Part shown: positions 59,702 to 64,000 of the stretch, in pieces | Numbering within the stretch: position 1 is the stretch's first letter | Layout: each line of letters starts with the position of its first letter | DNA from: Paraspadella gotoi | Taxonomy: Eukaryota; Animalia; Chaetognatha | Assembly (NCBI GenBank): GCA_051294375.1 | Contig: CM119264.1 | Span: 24,034,002 to 24,098,001, forward strand | Length of the DNA stretch: 64,000 bases | Reading direction: 5' to 3' | Notes under the pieces: model-generated | Seen by the model: the letters and a program-made list of their open reading frames with translations, nothing else | Databases searched by the model: none | Told to the model about the DNA's origin: nothing | Program-made: the position numbers and the translations under genes

Positions 59702-61209
59702 ACCGGAAAAGTGAGCAGGGGTTCGGGCAAGTCTCGAAGATATTGCTTCATCGCACCCGCGATGCTGTGAACGTCGTGGGAGAAATAATCCCAGTCGACT
59801 TGGCCGGGAAAGTTAAGGGCGGCGATTATGCGCTTTATTTTGCCTATTCGATAATTAAAATAAAATTAATTTAACTACAACGTGAACATTAATGAAAATA
59901 AATTACCCGAACTGCCTGGAATCCTTAGGAGACCCTCCTCTTCGATCCCGACCTGGGCGATGACCGAGCAGCACTCTTCGATTGGGACGGCGACGTCGCG
60001 TCCAGTGACACGAAGGTGCTCGTCCAGAGAGACTCCGAACATCGGCTTGTGGGGAAACCGTCTCTCTTTCTCCACAAGGAGGGGGAGGATTTCTTAATGG
60101 GAAACGGTAATCCGTAATTTAAAATAGCAAACTTAATTAATCAAGAGAAAAGCAAAATAAAAATCAAAGTCGAGCAAACTTACCTTTTATCGTGCCTGCG
60201 CAACGATCGTGATATCTAAGCTGCGCCTCGAGAAGACTGAGCACAATGCGCGTGAGATCTTGTTCCTTGACAACGAAGGTCAACAGACTAGTCGCCACGG
60301 CGTCCTTCATCTGCTCCAGGTTGTTGCTGGCCATCTCCAGTTCGTCCTCCGCTTGACGTAGCTTATTACTGGCGTCCTTGGTTCGCTCTAACCAAGCCGC
60401 CTCCTCGTGCACGCGTGGAGTGGACCGCTCAACCCGCGAGGACCGATCCTGAGCCTCTTTGAGCTTTAACTTAGCGACGTCAACCTTCAATGCTAACTCC
60501 TGTTAGGGGAAAGAGTAGGGCGTTAACTCTTGCCACTGAAAATCGCCTAATATACGATTTACTCATAAAATGCTTAAACTTTCTCAGCGAACCTTCATGT
60601 GATTGGAATTTTTCTGCATGGCTTTGTAATCGTCGAGGGTGAGATTTTCCAAAGGAGAGAGGACGGTTGAATTGAGAGCGGCGGCAAACTCCACTTTGGA
60701 GGCGGCGAGGTTGTGCTCCACCTTGGAGGATTCCAACACCACGTCGCCCAAGAGAGTCGTGCCAGGGAATTCGTCGGCGAGCTCGCAGCCTTAAATGGGA
60801 AGGGATGTAATAGGTACATGATTATCTTTAATGAACTAACAAACTAACAAAATAACAACGCCCCTAACCTTTCTCCTTCAAAATCACGGACAAGTTTTCC
60901 TCGGGCAGCTTTTTAATCGCCTTTTCGGGCTCCTTATGTTTTAGAATATCGGGACAGATGTGTTCTAAACGCTTGAAGGTCTGAATCGTTAGTTGATGGA
61001 TGTGTTCGACACGCCCGTTCAGACGCTGGAAAGAGAGCAAAACGTTTTTGAAAATACAGCTGTCTATTTAACGAACAGTTGAACACCAAAGAGGTAACTG
61101 CGACAATAACCTGCAACTCAGCGGTGACCTCGTCGACTGTTCTGTCGGCTCCCAAGATTGCATTTAAAGCCTGACGGGGATTTTTTCGAATCGACGTAAA
61201 ATGATTCAT
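57858..61209 (-). CDS. N-BAR plus RhoGAP protein with Pro-rich tail, ARHGAP17/ARHGAP44/SH3BP1 family (multi-exon)
   Basis: BAR-like helical exons, KPMFGVSLDEHL...PIEECC...EEGLLRIPG, NYVNLRYLISFF, KMTPANVGIVMGANLLW, Pro-rich C-terminus; start codon inferred. Confidence 0.87.
59560..59642 (+). repeat. (TTCA)n tail with short unique head between (CT)n tracts; possible truncated retroposon 3' end
   Basis: About 9 TTCA units at 59607-59642. Confidence 0.4.
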
Positions 61210-61675
61210 TTTTTTCCGTTCCAACATAAAATGATCGAGTGGAAAAAGAGTCTTGGAGATCACTTTTTTACCCTCACAGTGAAGAGTAGTAACAAAATCC
61301 GAATTATCCGGCCCTTATTCTCGTTTATTATTTTTTTTCAAATAGACTCCTCTGGTTTTTTTCCCACGTTTTTTATTCGAGAAATCCGCCCGTCTCATCC
61401 CTCGAAAATGAGACCCGCATTTGTAGAGTGGGGGTCGAAACAATGTTCGAGCCAAACCCAGGCTCGAGACGAAACCCGCCCGCAACGGCGCAAACAGTGT
61501 TACTCTCCACTGCATTAAGTAAATACTAATATAAATGACCCTGAAAAGAAAAACGAGAATTTGGGGAAAAAATGGAAAAACGAGAGAAAAGAACAGTTTG
61601 AGAAACAAAGGGATGGTGTGAATCAGGTTGAGAGGGGATGGATGAGTGAAAAAGTTCCAAGACGCGATGATAAGT

Positions 61676-62285
<610 letters not shown>

Positions 62286-63006
62286 TTATGTTCTTTAGAA
62301 AATGTGAAATTCGGGTGTGCGAGTCATTAAACATGGACAACAAATCATAGTTATGTATGTACTTAAAAACAATCTACCATTCAAAAACGTTTGTAGATTT
62401 TAACACTAAAAAAAATTTCTTAGCCAAAACTTACGTACACGTTTTATGTAGAAATATCATATCATTCGGTTCAATTTTTCTCTGACAGTGAGGCGGAAAA
62501 GATGGAGTGGAATATTACACTTTTTAAATGGGTTTTTTTTCTTTCATTTTTAGTACCATTTAAAATAAATTTTATTTGAGAAGTAGTAATGACATTTATA
62601 TCAGGGCTCTCTTTTGGCACCATTATTAATATAAATTACTTAAATTATTATAGCAAAGCCGAGCCATGAACTCCGACCTTCTTAATCAGAAATAAAGAGA
62701 AATTTAGCTTCCGAAGTTTAAATTCATCCTTCTTCAATCATTACGAAGGCAAAACATAATTGAACAGTATGAAATTTATACAGAAAAAACGTGAATGTTT
62801 TAGCCATTTAAAAATCTCTACGCGTTTTCGATTGGCAAATTCTTTTTAGCGGTGGGTTTTAAATTGTCACCATGTACATCGTACGCGCTAATAAATTAAA
62901 GTGCGAGGACAAAATAAAATTCAAGAATTTTATATTTTTTGGCAAACGATTGATTTGAAAATGGGAATAACGATGAATTGCAAACAATGTCACATAACAT
63001 GATGGC

Positions 63007-63428
63007 TTAAGAGGCGTCGCCGTTGTCGCTGACTCCACCGCTGCCGCTAACTGCGTCACCAACGGGAAGTGAACTAGTGAGTCGCGCGAGTTGCTCATCA
63101 AAGGATCGCATTTGCTCTGCGGTGTCGCAAGATTCACTAGAAATCAAAATAAATTTTAACAAAGCAATACTATTGTCACTTGTGAAAACTAAAGTTTACG
63201 GTCAACTATCAGTCCATCCATTTCACCTTCCATCGCGCGGGTCGCCGATTCCGGTATGCAACTGATTCAAGGCGGCGGCAAGATTTGCCATCTCCCGCTG
63301 CAGCGTAGCGGCGGCGTCTCGCTGCGCGGCCTCCAACTCAAGCGCCTCTCGCCGCAGCTCGGCGAATTCCGTCTTGATCGTTTGGAGACTTTCCGCCATG
63401 CGAACGGGGTTAGGAGGCGTGCCGCTCT
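63007..63428 (-). CDS. Last two exons of an unidentified coiled-coil protein
   Basis: Acceptor ttttccag at 63429, heptad-like MAESLQTIKTEFAELRREALELE, in-phase splice to SESCDTAEQMRSF...GDAS* (stop 63007). Confidence 0.6.
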
Positions 63429-63577
63429 GGAAAATAAATCGTGTATATAGACTGACTGACTTTCCCTGTTTACCATTCAACCAAATCATCTTTCGTCATA
63501 AACCAACTCCGATCTCATGAAATTGGTATACGTGGCGTATCATAAATTCGTCTCCCGTATAGCTTAGTGAAACTCAG

Positions 63578-63792
63578 CATGTCCTTTTGGCTTGGACAGC
63601 TAAGCACTCGTTCACCCACCGTGAGTTCCGGGTTCAATCCCCTCAGGGTCACGATGGTAAAGTGTGATGGTGGCGGCATAAACACACCAGTGACACTGAG
63701 CGCCAGCTGTCGGGGAGATGCCTCACACCCCGGGCATCATACATGTCTCCCCGTTGTCATATATAGTCAATATAAAATCATCCATTCATTCA
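63578..63792 (+). mobile_element. tRNA-derived SINE-like element with (CATT)n tail
   Basis: A-box-like TGGCTTGGACAG, B box GGTTCAATCC, GC-rich hairpin body, TCATCCATTCATTCA tail. Confidence 0.55.
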
Positions 63793-64000
63793 CTAAATAT
63801 TAAATAAGCCACCTTGTCGTCCTTGCCCCTGGCTTTGGACATTAAGACCTCCATCCCGTTTACAAGATAGCAGGACCCTGCAAGCTTTTAATCAATCTAC
63901 TTTATTCACCCTTTGTCTTACCTATTAAGGAAATGATACAATGTTTTAAAAAAGTTTCAAATGTATAAAAAGACCACCCCCTTTAGTAGAGCCAAACTTC

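Overview
Gene-dense window from a compact animal genome with GC-rich exons, short AT-rich GT-AG introns and (CT)n tracts; it is not prokaryotic. Reading the spliced exons gives about 17 genes: a GPCR 3' end, PHM, ZNF330, two tandem RBM45 paralogues, SYAP1, MVP with a nested antisense membrane-protein gene, GrpE, NDUFV1, MCM2, PARS2, COX20, PIGK, an ARHGAP17-like BAR-RhoGAP, RPB8 and the 3' end of a coiled-coil gene. Fifteen of them lie on the minus strand, and those from 41.7 to 63.4 kb are packed like an operon. The standout is a small non-coding LTR element: one complete 744-bp copy with identical 255-bp LTRs plus two solo LTRs, each with its own 4-bp target-site duplication. Its LTR carries a sequence that folds by eye as a circularly permuted (type P5) twister ribozyme, making it a candidate twister-based LTR retrozyme in an animal, predicted to release a 489-nt circularisable RNA. 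A Penelope-type minimal hammerhead ribozyme, tRNA-derived SINEs, MITEs and Helentron-like elements are also present. All calls were made by eye; no searches or folding programs were run.
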